Shown piece by piece: positions 30,097 through 39,747 of a stretch of 64,000 nucleotides of DNA. Each line of letters opens with the position of its first letter. Positions within the stretch are counted from its first letter, which is position 1. The stretch is from Sedimentisphaerales bacterium (GTDB taxonomy: Bacteria; Planctomycetota; Phycisphaerae; Sedimentisphaerales; SM23-30), in contig CAXXFK010000007.1 of the NCBI GenBank assembly GCA_963663965.2, forward strand, positions 96,001 through 160,000. The letters run 5' to 3'. The position numbers were made by a program, and so were the translations under genes. Below the pieces are notes generated by a model. The model made no database searches. It was not told the DNA's origin and was given only the letters and a program-made list of their open reading frames with translations.

Positions 30097-30151
30097 AAAC
30101 GAAGCAAACTTTTGTCTTAACCTCGATAAACACTTATATATAGATAAGTTA
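30097..30151 (+). repeat. Composite intergenic element: AAACGAAGCAAAC-N17-TAA(N19)TTA
   Basis: Same architecture and spacing as 47412-47466. Confidence 0.5.
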
Positions 30152-30262
30152 GAAGTACTACGTGGAAGCACAAAGATTGAATTGATTGTTATACACGGAT
30201 GAAATAAGATTAAACATGAACGCTATTAGTTATTTCACAAATAAAACGGCAGGAGATGGCTT

Positions 30263-31549
30263 GTGAACAATATCACAATACAGAGTGAGCAGTTGTTATT
30301 AACGGCAGCAGAGTTGATCCCTGGAGGAGTTAACTCGCCCGTCAGGGCTTTTGGCGGCGTCGGCGGAACTCCCCGATTCATGTATAAGGCTTTCGGTTCG
30401 CGTATCTGGGATGTCGATGGCCAGGAATATATTGACTTTATTGGCTCCTGGGGACCGGCGATTCTCGGCCATGCCGATCCCGACGTAGTTCAGGCACTAG
30501 CCAGGGCTGCCGCTGATGGTCTGAGTTTTGGGGCTGCCAGTCCAGGGGAAATCAAATTAGCACAAAAAATAATCAAGCTGATGCCTGGTATCGAAATGGT
30601 CAGGCTGGTAAACTCCGGCACTGAAGCAACCATGACGGCTGTCAGGATCGCCCGGGCATGGACCCGGCGAAACAAAATCATCAAATTTGCGGGTTGTTAT
30701 CATGGCCACGCTGACAGCTTTCTGGTGCAGGCGGGCTCCGGCGCAATGACTCTTGGAATTCCCACCAGCCCGGGCGTGACTCCGGCGGCGGCCAGCGACA
30801 CTTTAATTGCCCAATTTAATAGTATCGACTCGGTAAAAGAATTAATGGCGGCCAATCCGGATCAAATTGCCGCAGTGATCATTGAGCCGGTCGTAGGTAA
30901 CTCCGGCGTCATTCTCCCCCAAAATGATTTTCTTCAGGAATTACGCGATCTAACCACACAGCATGATGTTCTGTTAATTTTTGACGAAGTTATGACTGGT
31001 TTTCGGCTGTCATCCGGCGGCGCTCAGGAAGTTTACGGAATTGATCCTGATCTGACTACGCTGGGGAAAATTATTGGCGGTGGAATGCCGGTAGGGGCTG
31101 TCGGAGGCAAAAAACCGTTAATGAAATTGTTGGCTCCTTCCGGACCGGTTTATCAGGCAGGCACCCTCTCTGGCAACCCGCTTTCTATTGCCTCGGGTCT
31201 GGCCACTTTGAATAAATTGAATGATTCACTTTACGATTACCTTGAAAAACTGGCAGCAAAACTGGAAGCAGGAATTCAATCTAATTTAACGGCATTGTCT
31301 TTGGAATTTAACTATCAACGCATCGGCAGTATGGGCTGTCTATTCTTCACAGATCGTCCTGTTCTCAACCAGATTGACGCTTCCACGTGTGATACCAAAC
31401 GGTTTGCCCGCTATTTCCATGCAATGCTCGATTCAGGCATTTGTCTGCCTCCTTCTCAATTCGAAGCGTTCTTTATTTCTGCCGCTCATAGCGAAGAAGA
31501 TATCGTCCGGTTTGTCGAGGCCAATTACCTGTCCTTAAAGAAGTTATAA
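30263..31549 (+). CDS. hemL: Glutamate-1-semialdehyde 2,1-aminomutase
   Basis: IPGGVNSPVRAF, SWGPAILGH, VNSGTEATM, GCYHGH, FDEVMTGFR, TLGKIIGGG, YQAGTLSGNP. Confidence 0.97.
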   Translation: MNNITIQSEQLLLTAAELIPGGVNSPVRAFGGVGGTPRFMYKAFGSRIWDVDGQEYIDFIGSWGPAILGHADPDVVQALARAAADGLSFGAASPGEIKLAQKIIKLMPGIEMVRLVNSGTEATMTAVRIARAWTRRNKIIKFAGCYHGHADSFLVQAGSGAMTLGIPTSPGVTPAAASDTLIAQFNSIDSVKELMAANPDQIAAVIIEPVVGNSGVILPQNDFLQELRDLTTQHDVLLIFDEVMTGFRLSSGGAQEVYGIDPDLTTLGKIIGGGMPVGAVGGKKPLMKLLAPSGPVYQAGTLSGNPLSIASGLATLNKLNDSLYDYLEKLAAKLEAGIQSNLTALSLEFNYQRIGSMGCLFFTDRPVLNQIDASTCDTKRFARYFHAMLDSGICLPPSQFEAFFISAAHSEEDIVRFVEANYLSLKKL

Positions 31550-31977
31550 TAATATTTTTAAAAATATTCTCTCTGGCGGTTCATTCAATACGCTTTATTA
31601 GTAGTGATATCAGCCTTTTTTAAATGATGGGTCCAATAAACCATCAGTGGGGTCGGGCTGGCGCTGATTTTTTTTAAACTTTTCTCAAATATGCGGTCGA
31701 TATTTCACGCTAGATTGCAGAGAGTAACTCACTATCCGTTTTTCTGAGTGTGTGACAACATATACGTGAAAGTTAAGAAAAGTAATTTTGATGATTATTC
31801 ACATACAAATGAAACACCAAATGGTTGTAAATAGGGCGTAATGTCAGATCGCCAAAAAGCGGGTTAAGAGAACCTAATCGTTAAAAAAAAACTGAATATC
31901 GATTCAGGGATTCGTTTTGGTTTCCTCCGATTTGGTTTCGGAGGAACAGGCACATGTGTTCTTTAGGAGCAAAAACC

Positions 31978-33288
31978 ATGAAGAAGAAATTGATTGTGTT
32001 ATTAACGTTTCTGGTTGGTGTGGCGTGTCAGGCCGCTTTCGCCGATACGGTTGATGATCGCATCCAGAAACTCGAAACTGAGTTGCAAAAACTCAAAGAT
32101 CAACAAATTAAAACCGCTGCTTATCAAGAGCAACTCAAGCAAATGGTCAGCGATACCCAGGAAGGCGAAGAATCCAGCCTGGCCGAAGGACTCAAAAATC
32201 TGACCGACTTTTCCGTCGACATGCGGTATCGTTATCGCTGGACGGATGATGATGTCAATACCCGTTCAGATCATTCCAACATTGTGCGAGGCCGTGTGGC
32301 CATGTTCGGCAAAGTCAATGATCAAATGGATTTGGTATTACGCTTAGCCGGCGAATCGACACTCAGTCAGGAAGATAGCGATTGGGGGGCCAGCCTCGAC
32401 GCCATATACCTGGATTATCATCCCGGTTCCTATGAAATGATTCCATTCCTGGGTACTGGCGTTAAGTTTCTGGATGATGTGAATCCTTTCTATAATCTGG
32501 ATGCGGTTCGGGGCATTCACATCCTGTTCGGTAAATTTGAAGATCCTTATTACCATCCCGGCAATTCGGATATGGGATTGGATTTTGATCCTGAAGGCGT
32601 CGCCGGTGTTGGCAACATGGATGTCAATGAAGATTTGAACCTGTTTGGCACCCTGGGCGGTTTCTGGGTTGACGAGCGGGGCGCCGATGCCGATTCCGGA
32701 CTCTGGGGCGCCCAGCTGGGCGGTACCTATGAACTGAAAGATATTTCGGAAGGTACCTATGTAACCGCCGGTGTATCTTATTATGATTTTACCCATGTTC
32801 AGGATCGTGATTTTGGCGGAGATAACAATCCGCTCAACGCCGGCGCAACCGGGTTGGCCAGCGATTATAATTTACTGGAAGTATTCTGTGAATTTGGTAT
32901 GCCGGTTCTTGAAGATATTCCGGTTAAATTCTTTGGCGATTATTTTGTCAATACCCAGGCCGATGAAGCTGATGATGATGCCTATCTGGTTGGTTTAGGT
33001 ATTGCCGAACATGCCAAACTGGGAAATATCCGCTTCTTCTATAACTATCAGGAAGTAGGAGCGGAATCCGTTTTAGGCGGCTATTCCGAGTCCAACTTTG
33101 GCAGTCCGGTTACTAACGGTCGTGGCCATCAGTTCACGGTTGGCTATAACCTGGCTCAACTGGATCTACCTAATGCGGCGTTCCAGATTGATTGGTATCT
33201 GGGCAAACGCGACGCGACGGTTAATGGCCTGCCCGAAAGTGCTGCCGACTTCCAGCGCGTTGATGCCAGTCTGGTTGTTCAGTTCTAA
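31978..33288 (+). CDS. Putative outer-membrane porin with N-terminal coiled coil
   Basis: Signal peptide, coiled coil, DMRYRYR first strand, amphipathic acidic beta strands, C-terminal Phe; AGGAG RBS. Confidence 0.8.
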   Translation: MKKKLIVLLTFLVGVACQAAFADTVDDRIQKLETELQKLKDQQIKTAAYQEQLKQMVSDTQEGEESSLAEGLKNLTDFSVDMRYRYRWTDDDVNTRSDHSNIVRGRVAMFGKVNDQMDLVLRLAGESTLSQEDSDWGASLDAIYLDYHPGSYEMIPFLGTGVKFLDDVNPFYNLDAVRGIHILFGKFEDPYYHPGNSDMGLDFDPEGVAGVGNMDVNEDLNLFGTLGGFWVDERGADADSGLWGAQLGGTYELKDISEGTYVTAGVSYYDFTHVQDRDFGGDNNPLNAGATGLASDYNLLEVFCEFGMPVLEDIPVKFFGDYFVNTQADEADDDAYLVGLGIAEHAKLGNIRFFYNYQEVGAESVLGGYSESNFGSPVTNGRGHQFTVGYNLAQLDLPNAAFQIDWYLGKRDATVNGLPESAADFQRVDASLVVQF

Positions 33289-33318
33289 AAATTTGTAAGC
33301 AAGAGAATTGAGTTTCAG

Positions 33319-33359
33319 GTCGGCAGGGCATTATTAGCCTTGCCGGCTTTTATTTTTTT
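33319..33359 (+). terminator. Intrinsic terminator of the porin gene
   Basis: GTCGGCAGGGC/GCCTTGCCGGC stem followed by TTTTATTTTTTT. Confidence 0.85.
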
Positions 33360-33399
33360 GAGGGATGGTGACAGGAAATCGCCAGAGAGATGTCGGCGA

Positions 33400-33870
33400 T
33401 TATATTGCCTGCACCAGGTGAATCGCCAGCGGATGGGATTCAATATCGACGACCATAACTCCGGCTTGATTAACAAAATATTGCCATTCTGCCGGACTTT
33501 GATACAAATTAGCTTGAGGAAGACTAACGTCAAAAATATCTGAAGGATCCCGGGTAATCAGCGGCAACATGACACCCAGTGTGGTATTAAGCATTTCTTT
33601 GAACGCGTCGATACTTTTTTCGTCGGCAAGTGGATCATCCGGGTCGATCCCCATTACGTTGGCGGCCAATTGGCGAACCAGATCGCGCCCGGCCAGCAAT
33701 TCGGCCCGGCCGGAAAGCGGGCCGGTAAAATCCATATGGACCATAATGCTTTCCTGGGGAATCGGTAATTCATCTTCCATTGGTAACGTTACCATAAAAG
33801 CCATCATTTCCAATGCCTGAGATACTGCGTTCGCCAGGATATCAACATTTAATTTGTCTGTAGTATTCAT
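33400..33870 (-). CDS. cheX: CheX/CheC-like chemotaxis phosphatase family protein
   Basis: FTGPLSG, LAANVMG, DAFKEMLN (E-x-x-N), FDVSLP. Confidence 0.7.
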   Translation of the reverse strand: MNTTDKLNVDILANAVSQALEMMAFMVTLPMEDELPIPQESIMVHMDFTGPLSGRAELLAGRDLVRQLAANVMGIDPDDPLADEKSIDAFKEMLNTTLGVMLPLITRDPSDIFDVSLPQANLYQSPAEWQYFVNQAGVMVVDIESHPLAIHLVQAI

Positions 33871-33897
33871 CTCGTTTATCCCTTACGGATTTTCTTT

Positions 33898-34374
33898 TCA
33901 AATAGGCTTGACATTTCCCCGGGCCTTAATGATTACAGCGCCATCGCTGAGATTTAAAAACATGGTGCGAGGCACATCGCCTCCAATATCCTCACCGTCG
34001 ATAAACAGGCCGTTCTTCCAGAGGATCTGTCGGATTGCGGCATAGTTGCGTTTACCGATCTGAAATATTCGGGCATCGTTCATCATCTGCGCGCCGCCGG
34101 CAATTTTGGTTTTCAATCGTTTGGGATTTGCCCCGCGCCGGGTCATTTCATTGATCAGCGTTTGCATACCGGAATCGGCGTACATAAAAGGATTTTTTCG
34201 GCTCTTTTCCAGGTCCTGACGCGAATCAGGCAATTGGTAATGAAGCATGCCGCCGATTTTTATGGCGGGATCATATAGCGCAACTCCGATGCAGGAGCCC
34301 AGCGAATAGGTAACCAGCACATCGTTTGGATCGCCAGTCACGCGGGCATCGGAAATTTCAACAATGATTTTCAC
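33898..34374 (-). CDS. cheD: Chemoreceptor glutamine deamidase CheD
   Basis: TYSLGSCIGV, GGMLH, YAD, KIAGGAQM, IGKRN, EDIGG..RT; GTG start after GGAGAG. Confidence 0.93.
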   Translation of the reverse strand: MKIIVEISDARVTGDPNDVLVTYSLGSCIGVALYDPAIKIGGMLHYQLPDSRQDLEKSRKNPFMYADSGMQTLINEMTRRGANPKRLKTKIAGGAQMMNDARIFQIGKRNYAAIRQILWKNGLFIDGEDIGGDVPRTMFLNLSDGAVIIKARGNVKPI

Positions 34375-34501
34375 TCGTTCTCTCCATCTATTCCGCAATG
34401 GAATCTTCTCCCGGCCAAAGGGGACGGGCCAGTACGTGTCCTCACAGCCGGACGCTCAACGGCAATTAACAAAACGTTTTCGGTTAATTGCCGTATTATC
34501 G

Positions 34502-34529
34502 CTATCGAATTACGATACATCGTGCTTTA
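34502..34529 (-). promoter_or_regulatory. Candidate sigma28-like promoter for cheD-cheX
   Basis: Minus strand reads TAAA-N16-TTCGATAG. Confidence 0.4.
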
Positions 34530-34798
34530 GTAATATTGCCTGGCGGAAAGGATTATATCAAAACTGAAAGCCACGGCCCGATAATGATACAGGAACTATT
34601 GAAATTCTTGTTTCTAACGCACTGGCATTAAATACATTATCGTCTCGTTGCGGATAACAATATCCTTGAAAAAACCGGCAAATGACCCATTGAAATGAAC
34701 CAATTATAGGAAAAGGATTATTATAGGACAAAACACGGACGGATTGGATTCGTTCGGGTTTTGTCTTGGAAATCTGATTATTGACGGATCGGGGTTGT

Positions 34799-35617
34799 TT
34801 ATAGTTCGACTTTACTGCCTTTTAGAAAATCGACTACCGATTGGATATCCGAGCGACTGGACATATCCAGGCAGGCATCATTAACCGGAATCGCCCGGTA
34901 GCGAGTTCCCATCTGCTGCATGGTATATAATACCGCGTCCGGCAGTTCGAGTTCTCCGCGGGAGGAGGGCTGAATACGTTTGCACGCCTCAAAAATTTCC
35001 GGGCCGAAACGCCAGCAATTCATACTCAGGCAGACAGGATCAGCTAAAGCGGCCACTTGTTCCGGCGAGGGTTTTTCAATAATGCGTGTCATAAAGCCTT
35101 CGGCGTCGGTTTCGATGACGGCAAATTTTGTCACTCGATCAACCGGGATATTCCCCTTTTCAACCATCGCTTCGCGGATAAAACCGGCAAGACCCGGCCC
35201 CCCTAATTCGCGCAGACCTTTAAGCGCGTCATAAGGATAATAGTTGTCCGAATTAATCACCAGGATCGGATCGCCATTGGCAAATTGTTCTGCGGAAGCG
35301 ACAGCATCAGCAGTGCCCAGAGGTTTTTCCTGGATGGCAAAGTCAACTGATATTCGGCTATAACTCAATCCCTTGCCATAGTAATCACGCACCTGGGCAT
35401 GTTCGGGTCCGATGACCAGACAGATTTTGGTATAACCTGTTTCCGCCAGCAGGTGCATGACATAATCAAGGAAGGGACGATCGATCGGGATCATGGCCTT
35501 GATACCCGTTTCGGCAATGGCGGCTTGTTCTTTGCTTAACGCGGCATCGTTATCCGCCTTACGCATGCGGGTGCCAAGGCCCCGGGCCAGGATGACGGCT
35601 TTGTCCATTAATTTCAA
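34799..35617 (-). CDS. Sugar-phosphate nucleotidyltransferase (RfbA/GalU-like fold)
   Basis: AVILARGLGTRMR, KAMIPI, QEKPLGTADAV, IIEKP, SSRGELELPD. Confidence 0.88.
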   Translation of the reverse strand: MKLMDKAVILARGLGTRMRKADNDAALSKEQAAIAETGIKAMIPIDRPFLDYVMHLLAETGYTKICLVIGPEHAQVRDYYGKGLSYSRISVDFAIQEKPLGTADAVASAEQFANGDPILVINSDNYYPYDALKGLRELGGPGLAGFIREAMVEKGNIPVDRVTKFAVIETDAEGFMTRIIEKPSPEQVAALADPVCLSMNCWRFGPEIFEACKRIQPSSRGELELPDAVLYTMQQMGTRYRAIPVNDACLDMSSRSDIQSVVDFLKGSKVEL

Positions 35618-35629
35618 TCCTTATTATAG

Positions 35630-36028
35630 TTATTTCACGTAGGAATCAAACACCCGGACTTTAGCCCAGTTAGCTTTGTTGCGATCGATAAACTCAAGGT
35701 GTTCCGGTGCGGTTTGATAACGATCATGGTCGGCCTTGCTGGCAAAAACAACATGAAGCGCCACGCTGAAAGTGTTGTCGTTTACCGGTCGGACTAATTC
35801 AGTGGCGCGTGTGCCGGCCGAAAAATACACGACACCGTCATGATCTTTTAAATAAGCATAACACTCATTGACCAGTTCATCGGCTTTTGCCTGAGAATTG
35901 TCAGTAAGGTCAAAAAAGACCATATGGGCCAGTTTCATATCCATGGCATCTCCTTGTCGGTTTGCTATCTGATGACAACCGGTCAGCGCCAGCGTGGCGA
36001 GTAATAACAGTAGTTTGATATAGTTCAT
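35630..36028 (-). CDS. Dabb (stress-responsive A/B barrel) lipoprotein
   Basis: Lipobox LTGC; HMVFF...F...DHDRYQTAPEH...VRVFD. Confidence 0.85.
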   Translation of the reverse strand: MNYIKLLLLLATLALTGCHQIANRQGDAMDMKLAHMVFFDLTDNSQAKADELVNECYAYLKDHDGVVYFSAGTRATELVRPVNDNTFSVALHVVFASKADHDRYQTAPEHLEFIDRNKANWAKVRVFDSYVK

Positions 36029-36038
36029 AAATGCTCCA

Positions 36039-38000
36039 TCATTCTTGAACAGGAGTCAGGCGGGCGACCCAGCCGCCGCCGGGCGCCAGCTTGATGGTTA
36101 ATTTATCGGCAGGGCTGACGACTTGCTCCAGCATTTTATAATCGCTGGCATATCGGGCGGCATTCACGCCATCCTGGAAGATCAGGGCGCTGAATTTGCC
36201 CGAATTGAGAAACGCTAGGTCAAGAACCTTTTCACGCGGGGTCCAGTCGGTCATGGCGCCAATGTACCAGTCATTGCCGTTCCGGCGGGCAATCGCAACG
36301 AAATCGCCGACTTTGGCATCCAGAACAACCGTATCATCCCAAACCGATGGCACTGGACCAAGAAACTTCATACAATCGGGATCACGATAGTATTGCGTCG
36401 GGCTGTCACATAACATTTGCAACGGGCTTTCAAAGACAACATACATCCCCAGTTGGTGGCAACGGGTGCCCTGGCTCATCGGACGATCAAAAACCGCGTT
36501 GAAATTCTTTTTCTGGGCGTTGACCATGGCGCCGGGGGTGTAGTCCATTGGCCCGGCAAACATGCGTATAAACGGCAGGGTCAGATTGTGGTCGGGAGTG
36601 ACCAGGTCGCACCATTTATTGTTTTCTGCGCCCTTAACCCCTTCACGTGTTATCACGTTTGGATAAGCGCGCCGCAGACCGGCCGGTTTATAGGCGCCGT
36701 GAAAGTCGACCAGCATTTTTCTGTCAGCGGCTTCACGAGCGATTTTTTCGTAGTAATTTACTATCGCCTGGTCATCACGTTGCATAAAATCGACCTTGAT
36801 ACCCTTACAGCCCCATTGAGCAAACAGATCCAGGGCCGGTTTTAACTGGTTATCGAGAGTTTTCCAGACCACCCAGAGGATAATGCCGACATTTTTCTCC
36901 TGGGCGTACTTGAACAGGCCCGGCACATCCATATCTGGATTCAGTTTAAGTAGATCCCCCAGTTGGTACCAGCCTTCATCGAGAATGATATATTCAATAC
37001 CATGTTGAGAGGCAAAATCGATGTAATATTTATAAGTCTCAGTATTGACCCCGGCCGGGAAATCGACCCCAAAGATATTGTTAGCGTTATACCAGTCCCA
37101 GGCGACCTTGCCGGGCTTGATCCAGGAGGTGTCTTTGATCTGGCAGGGTCTTGCCAGTTTCCAGATAATCTGGGAATTGATCAGATCGGCATCTTTCTGC
37201 GCCACCCCGACAACACGCCAGGGAAAACTGCGATGACCGGTGGTTTTGGCAATAAAATCGGCTCTTTTCTCAACTACCGGATCGCGGTCACTGCGCATGG
37301 ATTCTTCGAGAACATAATTGGGAAACGTCGTTTTTAATGCCGGCGAGGCCGTTCCCTGAAGGTAGAATCCCGGATAGTCATACAAATCGGACTCAGACAG
37401 GATAACTTTGGGGCCATTCGCGATGTCGACCAGGGCCGGAATTGAGCTGAATTGTTCTGCTGGGATTTTAGAAAGAGGTTGGTAGAAATATTCCCGTTCC
37501 TGATGGGTGATCAGGCTGTCTTCCCGCGGGAAATAGATGGCATGATCGGCGGCGAAATTAAATTCGAGCCGTTCACTTTTCACGATAAGCTCACCGTCGA
37601 ATCGGGTCACAAAACGGTAAGCCATTCCATCATCATAAGCCCGGAACTGCAAGTCGTAGCCCTGTTTAAAAGTAAGCGTCAGGGCGTTGTATTTATCGAG
37701 AATTTCTTTGCGTTTTTCAGGGACGACCGGATGAACCACTTCAGCGCTGGAGTTTCTGGACTGCCCTTCAGTCTCCGGCGATACCCCCAAGGTTCCCTGG
37801 CTGGTATCCATAGCGATGACAGAAGGTGATATGATAATCAGGTCGCCGGATTGGATCGTCCAGGTTATCCGATCAGTGACGCTGATAGTCGCTTTAAGAT
37901 TGCCGCCGGGCGAAACCAGATCGAAAGTATCGGCATAAACCAATCCGGACAATGCCGTAACTACTGTAATTGTAATAAAATATAGTCCAATTCGTTTCAT
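36039..38000 (-). CDS. Glycoside hydrolase family 97 (SusB-like)
   Basis: WIKPGKVAWDW, YYIDFA, ILDEGW, GIKVDF, VDFHG, REGVKGAE, GPMDYTPG; start moved to ATG 38000. Confidence 0.93.
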   Translation of the reverse strand: MKRIGLYFITITVVTALSGLVYADTFDLVSPGGNLKATISVTDRITWTIQSGDLIIISPSVIAMDTSQGTLGVSPETEGQSRNSSAEVVHPVVPEKRKEILDKYNALTLTFKQGYDLQFRAYDDGMAYRFVTRFDGELIVKSERLEFNFAADHAIYFPREDSLITHQEREYFYQPLSKIPAEQFSSIPALVDIANGPKVILSESDLYDYPGFYLQGTASPALKTTFPNYVLEESMRSDRDPVVEKRADFIAKTTGHRSFPWRVVGVAQKDADLINSQIIWKLARPCQIKDTSWIKPGKVAWDWYNANNIFGVDFPAGVNTETYKYYIDFASQHGIEYIILDEGWYQLGDLLKLNPDMDVPGLFKYAQEKNVGIILWVVWKTLDNQLKPALDLFAQWGCKGIKVDFMQRDDQAIVNYYEKIAREAADRKMLVDFHGAYKPAGLRRAYPNVITREGVKGAENNKWCDLVTPDHNLTLPFIRMFAGPMDYTPGAMVNAQKKNFNAVFDRPMSQGTRCHQLGMYVVFESPLQMLCDSPTQYYRDPDCMKFLGPVPSVWDDTVVLDAKVGDFVAIARRNGNDWYIGAMTDWTPREKVLDLAFLNSGKFSALIFQDGVNAARYASDYKMLEQVVSPADKLTIKLAPGGGWVARLTPVQE

Positions 38001-38226
38001 AATAGATATTCCTTCATTCCAAAGAACGTTAACAGCGAGTACAGGAAAATAAATATACACTTCTCAAGTACATATCGCAAATGAATTTGGAATTTAAGAT
38101 GGGGTTTGCACAATACTAAAATTGGTAGTATCCGGGTTATGAAATCAATAGCGAGACCCAACTTGACATTTTTAAGATGAGTGAAAATATGAGAAGTCTT
38201 GGATTAGTTTAATGATAGATGTGCTT

Positions 38227-39675
38227 TTAATTGTCTGAAATAAAATGACTTAGCATCTCCATATTTTTGCTGAACACCTCACTGGCGACATAGGCTTCAC
38301 CAGGCTTGAATTTGGGTTGCCCAATAAGTGGTTCGCCTTGATAAGTGCTTATCCAACGGCCCTGACTGTCAAGTTGATTGATAATGGCTCTAATGGAATG
38401 ATCCTGAGAATTTGTTAGTGATTTATTAAGGATAGCATTTCTGTTCTGTTTGAGCGCCTGGTAACTTTTTTCAATCTCATCAATGCGGGAATCGATTTTC
38501 CAGCCATAATGTGAAGGCAATTTCGAATCGTCATAAGTCAGGCTGTGGCTTTTCCCATCACGTACCATATATAGTGGGCGGTTAGTTTTAAGTTCATAAT
38601 ATCGCGCCAGTTTCCCCTCGGGCAGAACGGAGCGTTTCAGATAACTCAAGGCCCGTTCGAATGGTTCGAGATACCTGGTGTCACCGGTTACCCGGTAGAT
38701 CGTTAGCAACGTTTCGAGTGTCTCCTGCGTTTCATCGCTGGCAACAGCCGGCGGTTCAAACGCGCGCGCCCAGATCGGTTTCATCTGGTAGTTATATTGC
38801 TGGGCCCAGCCCGGTTGCGGTTCGGGCATCTGGGCCAGTAGAAAAAAATCACCCAGTCGTTTTAAGGCGGTTTGATAGCGGCCCTGGCGATATATATTAA
38901 CCGCGTCGATCAGAGTTTCGGCTACATAGCCGCAGACATTGTCGTTAAGGGTGTACAAATTCCAGTATTCCTTAATACGTCCCTCAGTACGCCAGTCATA
39001 GTCAGGATACGACGCTTTCATTACCGGCTGGGGTTTCACCGGCCCGGTCCAGACCTGGGGAAATCCGCCGTTGGGATACTGGGCCGCCAGCAGCGCGTCC
39101 AGCGCTGCCTGAGCGGATTGATGGATTGATGTGTTATTAAAATCAAGTGCCTGATCAACTTGTATTATCAGCCGAATTGCCGATGAGCTCTGCCCATCGT
39201 CCAGTGAAGAATTGTTTTTGCCGCGCCCGCGCCCATTTCGATATTGCGCGACTTGGCCTTTGGGGTCAAAATCGATACTGTTCGTCCAGCCGCCCGACTC
39301 CAACTGGCCATAGATCAGCGCCTCCGCCGCTTCCTGAGCCGCCTCTAGAAAAAAACGATCGCCCGTTGCTTCATACGCTTCGATAAACGCCATTCCTACT
39401 GTCGGCGTGCCGGGCGGCTGTACCCATATCTGACTGTCCGTCGCGACCCCTTCCCCCAATCGTTGCTTCAGATCCGGACTGTAGTAATAGACATACCCCC
39501 CATGAACCGCCACTTGCCACCGGTAATAACCTCCCGCCTTATATAAAGCCCCTACCGCTTCTTCGCGCAACGAAAGGCCTGCGGAAGCCGTTTGTCCGCA
39601 CAGAATGTTTGTCAAGATGCTCATCAGAAGAACTGTCCACATAAAGCAAGGATACTTGGCTTTTATATCTTTCAT
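38227..39675 (-). CDS. Pectate lyase, PL10/PelA-like
   Basis: SLDDG, AQYPNGGFPQ, TLNDN, WAQQY...PIWARAFEPPA, ARYYEL. Confidence 0.85.
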   Translation of the reverse strand: MKDIKAKYPCFMWTVLLMSILTNILCGQTASAGLSLREEAVGALYKAGGYYRWQVAVHGGYVYYYSPDLKQRLGEGVATDSQIWVQPPGTPTVGMAFIEAYEATGDRFFLEAAQEAAEALIYGQLESGGWTNSIDFDPKGQVAQYRNGRGRGKNNSSLDDGQSSSAIRLIIQVDQALDFNNTSIHQSAQAALDALLAAQYPNGGFPQVWTGPVKPQPVMKASYPDYDWRTEGRIKEYWNLYTLNDNVCGYVAETLIDAVNIYRQGRYQTALKRLGDFFLLAQMPEPQPGWAQQYNYQMKPIWARAFEPPAVASDETQETLETLLTIYRVTGDTRYLEPFERALSYLKRSVLPEGKLARYYELKTNRPLYMVRDGKSHSLTYDDSKLPSHYGWKIDSRIDEIEKSYQALKQNRNAILNKSLTNSQDHSIRAIINQLDSQGRWISTYQGEPLIGQPKFKPGEAYVASEVFSKNMEMLSHFISDN

Positions 39676-39747
39676 GGCGTGTTCCTTTGATGGTTTATTA
39701 CTGGAAGTCTGAATGGGCCTACACTATACACTTAATGCGAGGATATT

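Noticed and set aside
29947..30171. 74-aa minus-strand ORF
   Set aside because: Coincides with the intergenic repeat element; no RBS or protein motif
34380..34460. Possible c-di-GMP riboswitch in the cheD leader
   Set aside because: No GGCAAAC/GNRA/GCAAAG-type signature found; an Rfam scan would be decisive
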